Positions 21,748-35,400 of a stretch of 64,000 bases of DNA are shown piece after piece (position 1 is the stretch's first letter; every line of letters starts with the position of its first letter). The translations under genes and the position numbers were made by a program. The notes beneath the pieces are model-generated. The model did no database searches, was not told the origin of the DNA, and was given only the letters and a program-made list of their open reading frames with translations. Source of the DNA: Monocercomonoides exilis PA203 (lineage: Eukaryota > Protista > Preaxostyla); assembly GCA_001643675.2 (NCBI GenBank), contig LSRY02000014.1:372001-436000 (forward strand), in the 5' to 3' direction.

Positions 21748-24700
21748 ATGTCTCACTCTCGAGAAGAAAAAGGATTGTTTTCCAATACTTCCGAAGCAGA
21801 GATACTTGCTGAGAAGCCATCCAAACTAGATACTGTTTCTTTTTTCTTGGTTTATCCACTATATGATCAGGTGCGTTATTGTTATTATTAATAAACATTT
21901 GTTACTCTATTCATTTTCTATTTTTGTTTCAATAATCACTTTTTTATCACGACTTATTTTTTCTATTTTCTTTTTCATGGATATATCGCTTCAGGGGCGC
22001 AATGACACAAAACCATGGGTAATAATTTCTTGGATAATTATGACCTTACAGCTTTGGGGGACTGCTGGTTATGGAGTTAATTTTCAAAACATACCAATAA
22101 TCAATCAAGTTTGAATTAAAAAAATTGTTTCATCTCTGGTAATAGTAAATTTTAAACGAAATGCTTTTAGATACTTGGGTTTCTTGATGGAAGTGCTTTT
22201 GCAGGATTATTTGAAACAGGATTTTTGGTCATGAATGTTCTTGCAATGGCTATCTTTCTATTTGTTCTCCTTTTCTTTATTTTATGTGCTTCTTTGATGA
22301 AGGTATCAATCTTGGGCTCTTTTATTATTATTTAAAGGTTTAAATATTATTTCAATATTTTTGTTGTTTAATCACAGAAAATTCTTGTTAGCTCTCCTTG
22401 GATTTTATCTGTTGAGAGAACTGTAGCATCGATCTACTTTTCAATATGGTTTGCATTTTATTTTATTTTTTTTAAAAAAAAATATTATTTCTTTGATATG
22501 CCATTTTGATTTAATTCCTTTTAACATTTCAGTTTTATTCCAACACTCAACATATTGATGACTTCAGTTGATTGTCGTAATTCTGTACTTGCCATTCAGC
22601 CGCTTCAAGTCTGCTGGGACACAGTACACATTATCATAACAGTGTTTTCATTGTTGGTTTTTATTTGCGTTGCATTCTTCCACATGTATTATTCGTTACT
22701 TATCTTCAACATGAATCCAAAACGTGGAGGGCTTAATTCACATTGCAACGGAAAAGCTGCAGCAATCATCAGTTTGTTTATTACAATGCAAGTTGTTGTT
22801 ACTCGAGTCACAATGACAGATCGCGGGTGGAGGTCTATTTTGACAGTTGTACCTGCTCTTGGGGTTTTGGCTTTTGTGATGATGACTCTTCCATTTTATC
22901 ACATTGAGAAAAACGTGTGGATTGCTGTGACGCTCATCTGCTATTGGTGGATCAGATGGGGATGTGAGATCGGTATGGCTTTATTTTTATTGTTACTATT
23001 TATAGCATGCGTAATGTGGATATACTATTATTCTATTATTAGGATATTGGATGCCAAATAATGTTGCATTTATAATTTTGTGGGCAGTGATGTTGTGTAT
23101 AATGGTAGCCTCATCCATTGCCGTTGCTTTATTTATTCGAAAGAGGCTGAAAATGCATTTCTTGCTCTCTCCGAACTGCGAGCCAATTGTCGATCCATCC
23201 GATCCTGAGGCCATCACCAAGCTGCCAAAGCGCCTGCGCAACCCAGCCGATGCTCAACTAGCCATCCGCTTTCTGTTCGAGCACAAGCTGTGCGGGCGAG
23301 AAGCGTGGTGGAAGCAGAAGCGACAGGAGGCGATGAAGGAGTCTCTGGGTGTGGTTGGCTCAACTCGCCCGCTCGGCGGCATGAGCAACGGGATGGGCTC
23401 GATGAACAGCCTCGGCGAGCCGACGATCCAGTTTCCAACAGGCTTTACACTCAGCGAGCAGCTGGACGTCGTGTCGAAAAAGAACAAAGTGTCACAGGAC
23501 CACATCATGTTTGCAGAGATGATCCTGATGAATGCCATCACATACAACCCCAACGACGCTGACCTCCTCCTTCTCTATTCTGTGTTCACACGTGTCTATC
23601 GCAAGTACAATCTGAAGGCAGACAACATCCTCCGGCGCTGCCGCGTGCTGTCATCTGCGGTTTCGCTGCGGTTTGTGGTCAGCTCGCACTTCCGCAGCAC
23701 ATCCGACGACTCTTCTGCGATGAATGCGAACGAAGACCAGGACGACCGGAGCGAAGGAGACGACAACGCCAGCACAGGAATCGGCATGATGGGCACAGGG
23801 ATGGCGATCAACAGCGGAGGGATGGGAGGAATGGGAAGAGAAGACGGCGACGCTACGGGGAGAGAAAGCACAGCAGGCGGGCTGGGCACGATGGGATCGA
23901 CGTATTACGAGCACACCAACGGATCAAACAACAACAGACGCAACGGAGGCATCAAATCTGCTGCAGCAAAGGCGATGCTAGAGACAGCTGAAAAAGCACG
24001 CGAAGAGGCGAAGATGTGGGCGAAGGAGTTTTGGAACAACTTGCTTAGGCCAAAGATCAACATCGAAGCGATACCAATTGTTTTGAATCGGATTGCCACC
24101 AACGAGATGATAGCGCGCAAAAGCTATGAAGAGCTGATGGCAACTCACCCGAACAACGTGAGAGTGCTGAGAGGATATGCAGCGCTTCTGAGAGAAATAT
24201 ACCGCGATGACGACACAGCAGAGACGCTGATGCAGCAGGCAGAGCAGATTGAAGAGGACCAGTCATATACATACTCAGCCACCATGTCGTATGCGACACT
24301 TCAGAGTGGAGCGTCGATGGAAGGAGGAGGAAACGGTGGTGGAGGAACAATGGGAGACAAGAATATGACAGGCAGTGTGTACAACTTGGCACAGCACGGC
24401 AGCATTGGAGCTCGCGGTAACAATCCGAATTATCCAGCAATGGACGCGATGTCAGGCACATCTGAGATGAATTCTGTTGCGAAGAAGAGAAGACTGCGGA
24501 GGAAGAAGAGGAAGAAGAAGCAACTGGCGATGCTGGAGCAGCTGTCAGGAGATGATGCCAAAAGCGGGAGTGGCGTGAACACCGGGAAAGGAGGAGTGAT
24601 TAAAGACAGCTTCAACGCTTTTCTGCCAATTCAAGCACTTTTTGTACTGGTGATGGTGGGGATTATCCTGATCAGCTATTTTGTGCTGGAGAAGTATCTA

Positions 24701-27700
24701 TCGCAGGCTGCCTCCAACAGCCAGTACATCACAGAGCTGAGTGTGCTCACAAACAGAATCGCGCTGATCACGCTGTATTCGAAGCTGCTGATGTATCAGG
24801 TACATCCAATGTATTCCCCAGCTAACACTGGAAAGGGCTTTCCGACGTGGTTGATGAGTCCAGATGACTTGCGTGCTCATATTGGAGAACTCTCATCAGA
24901 AGTACTGAGCTATTTGATGGCAGTCTACACGCGTCTGAACAACGAGCCGTGGGAAGAGCAGGATGTGTCGCTTGTGTATGTCTCATACACAGGAGATGTG
25001 GTGACTGACGATTGGGTGATTACTCGCTCTCTTTATGACACTTATCGTTCATTTGCATACTCAGGCAACGATGTGGCCAACTCGGTCAGTCAGAACTTGG
25101 ACAGTGCCACGCTCTTTGCGAGGCTGGCGAACATCATCATCAACTATCCAACAGGCATCATGGAGTCTGCAAAGAGGGCAAGTGTTCAGTACAACAACAG
25201 AATCGAAGACGATCTGAAGGCAGCGCGTGTACTGCTGTCACTGGCAAACACAGCAGGCATACTGATTATGCTGTTATTATCTGCACTCATCACTGTTGTA
25301 TCATTCTTGATCGCGAACAGACATTATGTCTCTGCTATGCGCCTTCTCCTCTCCGTGCCGAAGAATCTTGTCCATCAAATCTCAATCGATCTGATCACAT
25401 CTGAAGCAGACGATGTGCCTGTCATCGGAAGCAGTGGAGGCGGCGGAAACGGTATGCTCCATCAGAACATGTCTGTTCCTGATATGACATCACGCAGTGG
25501 AGGTGGAGGAAGCGGGGGTGTTATTGGCAGTCAGGTGGAAGTGGTGACTGAAGGAATGCCTGAGATCGACGATCCAGCACTCGGAATGGGCATTGTCGAT
25601 TCTGCCACACACTCACAGAGGCAGTTTGAGACGCGAGTGACTGGAAGCACAGCACATCAGCAGTCAAACACACCCACAATCATCGGGCAGCCAATGATAA
25701 CATCGAATTCGGGCTCCTTCCGCCAGTCAAACGAAGCGATGCCACAAGAACAGGTTCCGTTCATCAGAGTGCATTCAGCCACAACCATCCAGCCAAACGG
25801 CACTGCTGCACAGTCGCCGCAGAACGTACAGCCATTAGCTCAGTCATCGATATTCCCTGCGAAGAATCTGAACACTCTTTCTTCTCCACCTTCTTCATAT
25901 TCGCCTGGTTTGTCCTCTTCATCCACTCCCATGCTCTGCAAACCAATGATATCAGCAGGATCAAACCTCTCCTCTTCTCCTTCTCTTCGTCCACCTTCCT
26001 CTCTTATCAACCTCAACATGCAGCAGCCAAGAATACTCACATCTCATCTGTCTTCGGGAAGTGGTCAGTACAGCACAGCTGCACAATCAAATGGTCTAAT
26101 TCTCCCGTCCACTTCTGTGAACAGCGGAGGTGTCAGCATCAATGTCCCACAGGGATGTGCTGTTCCTGCTATTAACGTGGGAACATCTTCGACTTCTGCT
26201 TCTGGTTCAATATCAGCTACATCAAGTGTATCGTCTCCAATGAACGTTCCATTTGTCAATGCTGGCATTGCTCCTCCAACAATTGTTGATTCTTCATCTC
26301 CTTCTCTCGTTCAGACTGGCCCTTCAGACAACAGCAACATGCCAGCTGTTATTCCCTCGCTCAGTGAACTAGCCAACCAGGATGCTGCTTTTATGTACAG
26401 CAGCAGCACAAATCTTCAGTCGAGCTCTGCTCCCATTCAACAGACAGCCACTGCAACTGTCTCAGTGACGAGTCTGAACAGCAATTTTGCTCCAGTTTCG
26501 ATGCTGCAGGAGCCACATGAAGAGGAAAGAATGGAAAGCGGAGAAGGAGGTAAGGATTCATCTGACCGGATGTCGCACAATGAATCAGGAGACAAGATGG
26601 AGCCCTCACAAAACAGCATAGACGATGAGAAAGGGCAGGAGTACAGCGCTCGTTCAGACAGGAAGGACACGAATGAGTCAATGCAAAATCCTGAGGAAGA
26701 GATGAAGGCGGCTGAAGGCGGAGAAAAACAGATTTCGGATAGATCGTCGATGTTTATGGAAGGTGGCCTTTATGACAACATGGATATGTACGAGCCTGTT
26801 ATGTCGAATGAGCTGAAAAACGCGAAGGAATACAAAGAGAAGACGGAAGAAGAGCTGAAAGAGACACAAAACGAAACACTCAAAAAGGAAGAGACAGACA
26901 GAAAAGAAGAGCCAGAATTCACGCCTGTCTCTTCATTCAGCGGGCACAACGAAAACGAGAGAGAAAATGAGCAGACGAACGAAGCAGCATCAAACGAGAA
27001 CTCACCAGAGAGTGCAACAGACAGCCGAAGGCAGCAGCCGTCAGAGAATAGTAAAGCAGGCGCTGAGACGTCACATTCAGCGCTTCCATTCAACGCTGAC
27101 CCGACAGCCAATGAAGGGCTGCAGCTGTCTCCTGCCCAGTTTCAGGAGATCAGAGACAAAGAAGACGAGAAGTGGCTGCCCAGGCCGAGCGAGATGCTGC
27201 AGTCGTTTGAGAAGGAAGGAGGGATGTTGGATGTGAATGCGAGTGACCACGATGCAAATGGGCTTTCATCACGAACACTTTCAACATCGCTCTCACAGGC
27301 GTCGTTTGTGTATGTGGTCATCGATGGCAAAAAGAAGAAAAAGAAGAAGAAGAAGAAGACTCCAAAATCTGCTTCTGCAAGTGAGAAGTCAGCAGCACAG
27401 GAGCTTCGTGTGCAAGTGAGCTCTCCAATGGATGGCGCAGCTGATGGAATGAAACCTCAATCGCCTGAGCAATCACCACAAGAGCCTCTTCCATCCAACC
27501 CATTCTCAACCACAACAGCAAACGAGCTGATTTCAAAGTCCTCTTCCAGAGCGACTCCTCAGCCGCTGCCTGCGACTGAAATGGGACAATCTTCAGATGC
27601 TCAGAATGCTCCAAAGCCCATCTCTGCTGCTCAGTCCACTCACTCGCTGTATCAGAGCCAGCAGCTGCCTGTCAACACACTGTCCAATGAAACGTCTTCG

Positions 27701-30643
27701 TTTATGCCTCCCCTCCAACAGACGATGCAGCCAATGTTTACTGCCCCCAACCAGCCTGCTTCTGCATCAGCGTCTGCACAAAATGCTGCTTTGAATTCAA
27801 TGAATTCTGCATTTTCTGACCTCAACAAAAATCAGATGCGCCGGCAATCATTTTCCGGCAAAGAAGCACATGAGCAGTTCAGCGACACCTGGGAACAGCC
27901 CTCGAACACAGTGCGCAATGGAGGAGAGCTGCCTCACAACCGCCCTTCTTCAGACTCGCTTGTCAGAGGCCCCGAGGGGCAGCTGGGGAGGTGGGTGATA
28001 AATGGAAGTGGGCAGCCACAGTTCCTGCCATTTGTGGCATCGCCTTCTGTTTCATCAACACTGCCAGCGTCGTCTGTCAAGACAGACTCGTCTACAACAC
28101 TTGATCAGTCTCCTCAGCCTTCTTCATCATCTTCAATAGGAATCAACACATTTGGGGTGTCTTCAACCACATCCACACCTGGTTCATCAATCATCCCTGA
28201 GAACTCCATCACCCGCATCTCTTCCCCACCACCTTCCTCAGGCTCTGCTCTAATGCCTGAGTCTGCGCAGTCTACTGTTCCGATGCTATTTGTTCCATCA
28301 CAAGCACAAATGTCTCCATCTGCTATGCCTCTGCCAAGTGTCTCCCCACAGCCCACTTCGCAGATCGGCAACACAGCCTCAATGAACTCCCAGGTGCCCA
28401 ACGGAAGCACAGGATTTCCTCTCTCTCCATCACTTTCAAGCATCGGAGGACTCACACCAGAGTTTCTGCACGGGCTGGCGATGAACGACCCGTCGCAGCA
28501 GCAGCAGATGCTGTTCCATCTGATGCAGCTACAGCTGATGAACTCGCCTCAGCAGCAACAACAGCAGCAGAATCAACAACAGAGCCAGCAGCAGGCACAG
28601 CAACAGCAGCTACTCCAGGAAGACAAGGAAAAAACGAAGAAGTCCAAAGGCAAGCGTTCGAAGAAGAACAAGAGGAAAGGGAAGAACAGTGAGAGTGACA
28701 GCGAAGAAGAGTTTGATAGCTCCGAGTTTGAGTCAAGTGATGAAGAGAACGAAACGCTCAGCATGAAGCGAAAGAAGAAGTACATCAAAATGTCTCGAAC
28801 AGGAAACAGGTCGCGGATGGGGCGAGATGGGAACATGAGATACTACGAAGACGAGGAGGAAGAGGATGATAGCAACGAGTCATCGGATGAAGACTACGAT
28901 GAGATCAACAAGAAGAGGAAGTCGAAAAGCAGGAATCATGGGGCACACGGCAAGGATGGGACGGACAAGATGAAAGGATATGGGAAGAAGAAAGGAAAGA
29001 AAGGCAAAAGTGGAAAGGGAATGAGCGTGAAGGTGAACCCTCAGACGAAGATGGAACAAATGCAGATGCAGCTGCAGTTACAACAACAGCAGCAAGGGAT
29101 CATGCTGAATGCAGCAGTGGATGAAAATGACAAGACAGCAGCAGCACAGGCAGTGCGAGGAGAGATCGAAGACGGTGAGTGGGACGAGCTGCTGATGAAG
29201 AACATCAACAAGACAATCGATGCACACCACAGAATCCCATCTGCTGTGAAGAAGTTCCATCTGGCGCAGATTGCAGTAATGGCGCTGATTATGTTTGCGA
29301 CGGCGATTGTGTTTTCGGTGCTGCTCATCACGTCGCTCTCAGCCATCGGCACCACTTCGTCGTCTCTGATGCTTGGCGGGCTGACTGAGGCATCGTTCAT
29401 CCAGCTGGCCCTGTTCATCTACCAGGCAGGGCTCGGAAGCGGCGAGATCACACTCGTGCACAACCAGTCGCTCAACGAGAAGTTCTGTACATCGACTGTG
29501 ATGTGCGACTATTCCCACGTTAATTCTTCTCTGCAGCACCTGATGGAGCTCGTGAAGAAGAGCCATGCTGTATCCAAGCTGCTCAACGACGCCGTGCTGG
29601 CAGGCACAAACAAGACAACCGGTTGGATCGAAGACTCAAGAATGGATGTGGCAACAGAGGAATGCGACCAGTCCGTTACAATGGTGGGATTTGCGACTTT
29701 CCCGTATCGCTGCCCGATGCTCGACACATTCGCCTATGGTTATACATCTACACTTTCTTTGCAGGCGCAGATGTGCGAAAATCCACAGAGGAATGTTGGA
29801 TATGACACTTATCTCGGCTATGACATGGTGCGTGCGCGGTTCCAGAGGAAAGTGATTGACCTGCGGAAAGCGGCGGAGCTGTCGCATTTTGCGCCTATTG
29901 ATATTAACGATACAGGATACGGCTTTATGGTCACCTCGTCGTATGCAGACACCTCGTCGATGCTGAACAAGATAACACTCGAGCTGATGTCTTCGCTGAT
30001 CAGCAAAGTGAACTCGGTGCGCACCACATCCATCACAGCAACTATTGTGGAGTGTGTCGTGCTGATGTTTCTCTTCGTGTTCTTCCTCATCTCCTTGAGG
30101 AGAGCCATCCACAGCATCGAGGCACAGACTACGCAACTGATGTGGCTGATCCCAGACGACCTGAACGAGCACACCGTCCTCTCGCAGGAGATGAAGACGG
30201 GAGTGCCGGCGATGGACAGTGGAAGGAAAAAGCTGTTTGAGGTGCTGGCGCTGCTGCTGGAGGCGGTGTACACACAAAGCAGCCGCGCAGAGATCAGACA
30301 GCTGTGCACTGAGCTGATGATCCAGGCGAAGTCTTATTTCGCAACAGAGGAGAGGATGATGCTCGAAAGTAACTACGACGAGGAGGCCAAGGAAAAGCAT
30401 TGCAGCGAACACCTTCGACTTCGCCAGCGTTTGACAACGTTGTCTGATTATGTATCTTCAAACAACTCTGCCCTTGTGCTTGGGGCTGTTCAGCTCCTAC
30501 ATCCTATTTTCCACTCACACTTCTCTTTGTTAGATGTTCAATTTGGCAGTCATTATGTAAAGGCGATGAATCTGGAAGTAGATAATGAAGATTCATCAGA
30601 TGATGATGACGATGAAGACGCGGACGAAGCTATGCTTATGTAA
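21748..30643 (+). CDS. TmcB/TmcC-like polytopic membrane protein with C-terminal hemerythrin-like domain; exons 21748-21870, 21995-22108, 22171-22302, 22378-22448, 22533-22972, 23043-30643
   Basis: Five GT-AG introns join hydrophobic exons in frame to the 2530-aa ORF. An N-terminal TM bundle is followed by TmcB-type helical repeats ('EFWNNLL...ARKSYEELMATHPNNVRVLRGYAALLREIYRD'), two TM-loop-TM modules and a terminal hemerythrin fold. Confidence 0.8.
30180..30565 (+). other. Hemerythrin-like domain
   Basis: 'MKTGVPAMDSGRKKLF...YFATEERMM..SNY.....HCSEH...HSHFSLLDVQF' matches the bacteriohemerythrin pattern (TG-x3-D-x2-H; HFxxEE; HxxEH; HxxxxD) with two His positions substituted. Confidence 0.75.
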
Positions 30644-32458
30644 TAGTCTTTATTTTCCGATATAAAGTCTTTATGCCTTACTGGTCGTGCCAGCAGGCAT
30701 ATCTTTATTTATTCAAACTTTATTTATCGCATCCATACATTTGATAAACATTTGTATTCATTACTATCAGGATTGTATAACTATTCACTTCACTGACTAT
30801 CCCGACACTTTCTTTTTCGTTAATTTTTATGTTTTCATCCTGGTATTTAGTTTTAACATTTTTATCTTTCTATCGCAGTTTCTTATTACAACATAATTAA
30901 AATTTTATTTTTGATTTTGTCTGATCTTAGTTGGATTTAATTTTCAAGCGACATGGATATAACTTTTGTTTTTAAGTGTTTATTCAGATAAAATCAATTT
31001 TCCCCTCTCCTTTTGTTTATCTCATTAGACAGATTATATATATACATTTCAATTCTCAACTCATAAATTTTTTATCTCTTTTTCTTTTGAAAAAAAAAGG
31101 AAAGATAAGAAGAAAAATTATTCTCAATCTTTTAATATTTAGCAATGATTTGGAATTTATATGGAAAAAATGACAAGATTCTCAAAAATCGAAAAAAGAA
31201 AATATATTTGAACTAAAAAAACGATAAAATAAATCTTGGCTTTTGATCATTCTTTTCATTTCACACATTTCAAAAAGCAAGAACGTTTAAAAAGCCGCTG
31301 ATGAACCATTAACAATCCAATCTTTGCAAACCTTTGAAATAATATTTTATTTTTCAAACATCCCTCTTCGCTCAATAATGAAATTCAACAAATTGTTTAC
31401 ATCCAAATAACAACTGTTTCAACATAACAGCTTCATCTTGAAACTTCAATTTTTATTACCAACAAAGCAAAATAACGTTTGTGGATGATCACTTCTTTTA
31501 ATTTTTATTTTCTTGACCATAATTCAAAAAGTTGTTCGATTAAATTTTTGAAACAACTGAAATCCAATCAAAATAGTTTTATTAAAACTTTTTGCAAAAT
31601 TGTTTGCATTTCTAATCAAAAAATGACTTATGCATGGTTATTCTTCATTGAATTGAGACCTATGTGTTTATTAATTAACAATTTTTAATTAACCTTTCTT
31701 TAAAAAATTTTTTTATTTGTAAAATGTGAAAATTTGAACGAAGCAGAATATGACACACCTCATTTATCTCGAATTATATTTCCCCATGCTATTGTTTTTT
31801 TGCTTTGCCACAATGATCCATAACAAAAATTTGACGCTTCGTCCTCTTTCTTTTGGTAAAACATTCATTTCTGCTAAAATACTCATCATTAATGCTCGCA
31901 TTTCTCCATTCCATATGGCGAGTGATTTTTATCGAAAATTATCATCTCTGCCATCAAAAGCATCAACAATCGTAATCTTCGTAAATTTTCTATGATCTTT
32001 AATTTTATAAAACAAATAAATAAATGCAGCACCAACAAATATAAAGCAAATCATATGACTGAATCATTGCTAAAATTTTACTGTTCAAACTTCCTCCTTT
32101 CTTTTGATAAAAGATTGTTTCAAAGAATTTCTCTTTACCAGCTGATATTCTTAATGAAAATTCAATATCTTTCATAGAAGCCTTAAATGAAGCGCCCTAA
32201 TTATTGAACAAAGTGCAAATGCTATACTCTCTGCCATTGCTTAAATATCAAGAAATTTTTAAAGAAAAATGATTTATTGAAAAACATTACACTTATGATT
32301 AATGTTGTCGATAATTAAGAACTTTGACAAATGATAAGTATTCATTGTTTTTTCCACAACAAACGCAGAAAACAAACGTGTTATGTTTTCGTTTCTCCCA
32401 TATTTAAAAAAGGAAATCGAGTAAAAGATTAGTATATTTCACGTGTTTGTTGTTGTCA

Positions 32459-35400
32459 ATGCAATCAGGAATATGTTGCATTGTTTGCATAATATATTTT
32501 CAGTGCATGTGTGATGTTGCCAACAAATGTGAAGCTGAATCGAATGAGGAATTAAAGAAAAGTGATATTTCAGATAATCTTAGGAGAATGTGGTTGAACA
32601 ACTTTCAAAAGGACATATTTTCCAATGAAATAACATTTAAAGAAAACAGTGATGGAAGAGAAGGAACGATGAAAACTGAGAAATTTGAAAAGACGATGAA
32701 TGTTCAAACAAAAGAAGGGAATGATGATGTGATCAAAGTTCCAGAAATCAGTCCAAATGAAACGGTTCGAGGAACAAAATTGTCTGATGAACGAAAAATG
32801 AGGAAACAACAAAGATTTGAGGAAGAAAGTTGGATTGAAGGATGTTTGATGTTTGACAATTCTTCAATAAAACTTCACTCCCTGGGATTGGTGCCAAATG
32901 ATGACCAAAGTGTCTTGAATGCTGTGAATGGATGTTTCGTCGAAGTGAGCAGATGCAGGATAGAAATTGAGGGAGAAATGCCACCATTTTGTTTGAGTGG
33001 AAGTTGTGAGCTGCTCACCAACATTTCACTCAAATTTTCATCTTCATTTTTGTGGAAATGCCCATCTCTCTTCTCTTCAAAACCATTTGAAGGGGCTCAT
33101 TCAGAAAAATGTCATGTTTCAGTTTGTTCCTCTCATTTCTCCTCTTTTTGTGTGTCTTCAGCCCCATTCCTCTCATCGTCATCTATTCCTCTCATATCTC
33201 TCTCACAACTATCTTTTTTCAACATCTCAACAGCATCTTCAAATTGTTCATCTCCAACCACCACATCAATCCAAACCACTTGTTTGATGAACAGTTGCTC
33301 CTTTTCGTCTATTTGTGATGCATATGATGGAGGAATTGTTCCCTCTCTCAACAATCCCTTGGCTTCTCTGACAGCCTCAAATACATCGTTTATTGGGTGT
33401 TGTCGAACAAGAAATGTTAAATGTGAAGGAAATGCAGATCATAAGCTGACTCCAGACAGACAGAATGAAACATTCAATGGAGCTAATTCGTTCACTTGGT
33501 GTGAATGGAATGGATCAAAGACAACAGGAGAAAATGATTCATGGACTGATGGAGCGTCAAGCGGAGGAGCTATTTGCATGTTCAGTCAATCATTCGCCAC
33601 TGTTTCAGTTTTTAACAGTGCTTTTAATGGATGTGTTGCACATTGTTGTGGTGGAGGTATTTTGTGTGTTTCAATAAATTCTATAAAGATTGAGAACAAC
33701 TCGTTCTGTTCCTGTACGGCACAACACCATTACGGAGGAGGATTGTATGTTGTGTCAATTTCATCATGTGTGAGGATCAGTAGTTGTTCGTTCCAGAATT
33801 GTGAAACAAATAGTGCTGGAGGAGGATTATATCTTAATGATTTTCAGGTTTCAGGAACAGGATGCATTGGGAAAGAAAATGGTGGAGGGGAGAGCGCTTG
33901 TGTGTCTGATTGTTCATTCGCTTTGTGTTCAACAAAAGAGTCATATGGAGGAGGGATTTATTGTTTTAGGGTTCCTTTAACGTTCATAATGAGGAATATT
34001 CAATTCATTTCGTGTTCCACAGTATCACATGGAGGAGGAATTAGATTTTATCATTTTCGAGAAAGCGATCCGAGTGACAGAATATTTTTTTATTTCTTCT
34101 TCTTTCATAATTGCAGATGAACGACTTCTTCCACTCCATATGGACATGATGTGATCTTTTCTGAAGAATATAATGAATCTTTGTCCTGTAATCCATTCTG
34201 TGAATCGTACACAACGAATAGTGATGAGAAGAGAGAATGCTATTCGTATCACATCGGTGACTGGATTTACGAGCACACTGAAAAGAAGGAATGGCTGAGA
34301 TACAGGCCTTTAGATCGTTATGTGGGAATGGACGGAGATGATTCAAATGAAATGTGTGGGATAAATGAATCTGAACCATGTCAGACTGTGGGGCATGTTG
34401 CCAGTGAGAGCATTGCACTTCTGAGCTCGACAATCACAGTGCTTGAAGGGAGACATGGAAGTGAAGGGGCCACGATCAGTGTTGGGGTAAAGAAGATTTC
34501 TGTTTTGGGGAAAGGGAAGACGGTGAGTGTGATTGGGACGAGTGCGCTTTCTTCGTCTTCGCCAACGCTGTTTAGCGTATCTACTGGGCAGCTAGCGGTG
34601 GGGAATGTGGGAATTGATCACAACGCGACAAGAGACTCTTCACCGAGTGTGTTTGTGGTGTCACTGGGGAGCGGGACTCTTTCGTTGGAGGATGTTCTGA
34701 TCTTTTCAAGTGTTAATGGAGAGAGAGAAATATCAGCATCGATATTTGTGATGGAACTGTCTCAGTTGAGGATGGGTGATGTTGAGATAGAAAATATGAA
34801 AATGAGCCAACCTCTGTTCGAAGAGCCATCAACAGAAGAATCAATATCGGGAGAGAGTATGTTAGCGAATGTGACAATTCGGAATGTGAATCGGACAGGG
34901 GGAGATGGAGTGGTGATAGCTAAAAGCGTGAAGGGAGGAGAGACATTTGTTGTGTGGAACACAACGATTGAGGATTGCGAGTGTGTGAATGGAAATGGAG
35001 GAGGAATCAAAGTGGGACTGTTATCATCAACAAGCAAGGTTCTGATTGGAGATTCAATATCATACAGTGGAGGGACGACTTCGTTCAATCAATGCAAATG
35101 CAGTGGATATGGAGGAGGGGTGATGCTGAATCTGGCTGATGACTCATTTGACTTTGAGATCTCAACAGCGAGTTTTGATGGTTGTGCTGCAACATTGGGA
35201 GGGAAGAACGTGTTTGTGGAAGCACAGGACTTGTCAGCTGTTATCAACAGCACATCAATTGGATTCTATCCCATTATTGAGGTGAATAAAGCAGACTTGG
35301 ATGAACTTTGTGGAAGAGAAAGAAACAATCCGGAGCTGGTTGTTCCACTTGTTATGTTTCTTCGAACATTTTCATCTCCAGCATATGTGAGTGGAAGAGA

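Noticed and set aside
29636-30412. 258-aa antisense ORF, plus other antisense ORFs such as 39103-39774 and 61807-62745
   Set aside because: They are shadow ORFs opposite well-supported genes, caused by codon bias and low complexity.
34074-34116. Possible intron upstream of the TGA in the pseudokinase
   Set aside because: It is 43 nt long, so splicing would shift out of the frame of the long downstream ORF.
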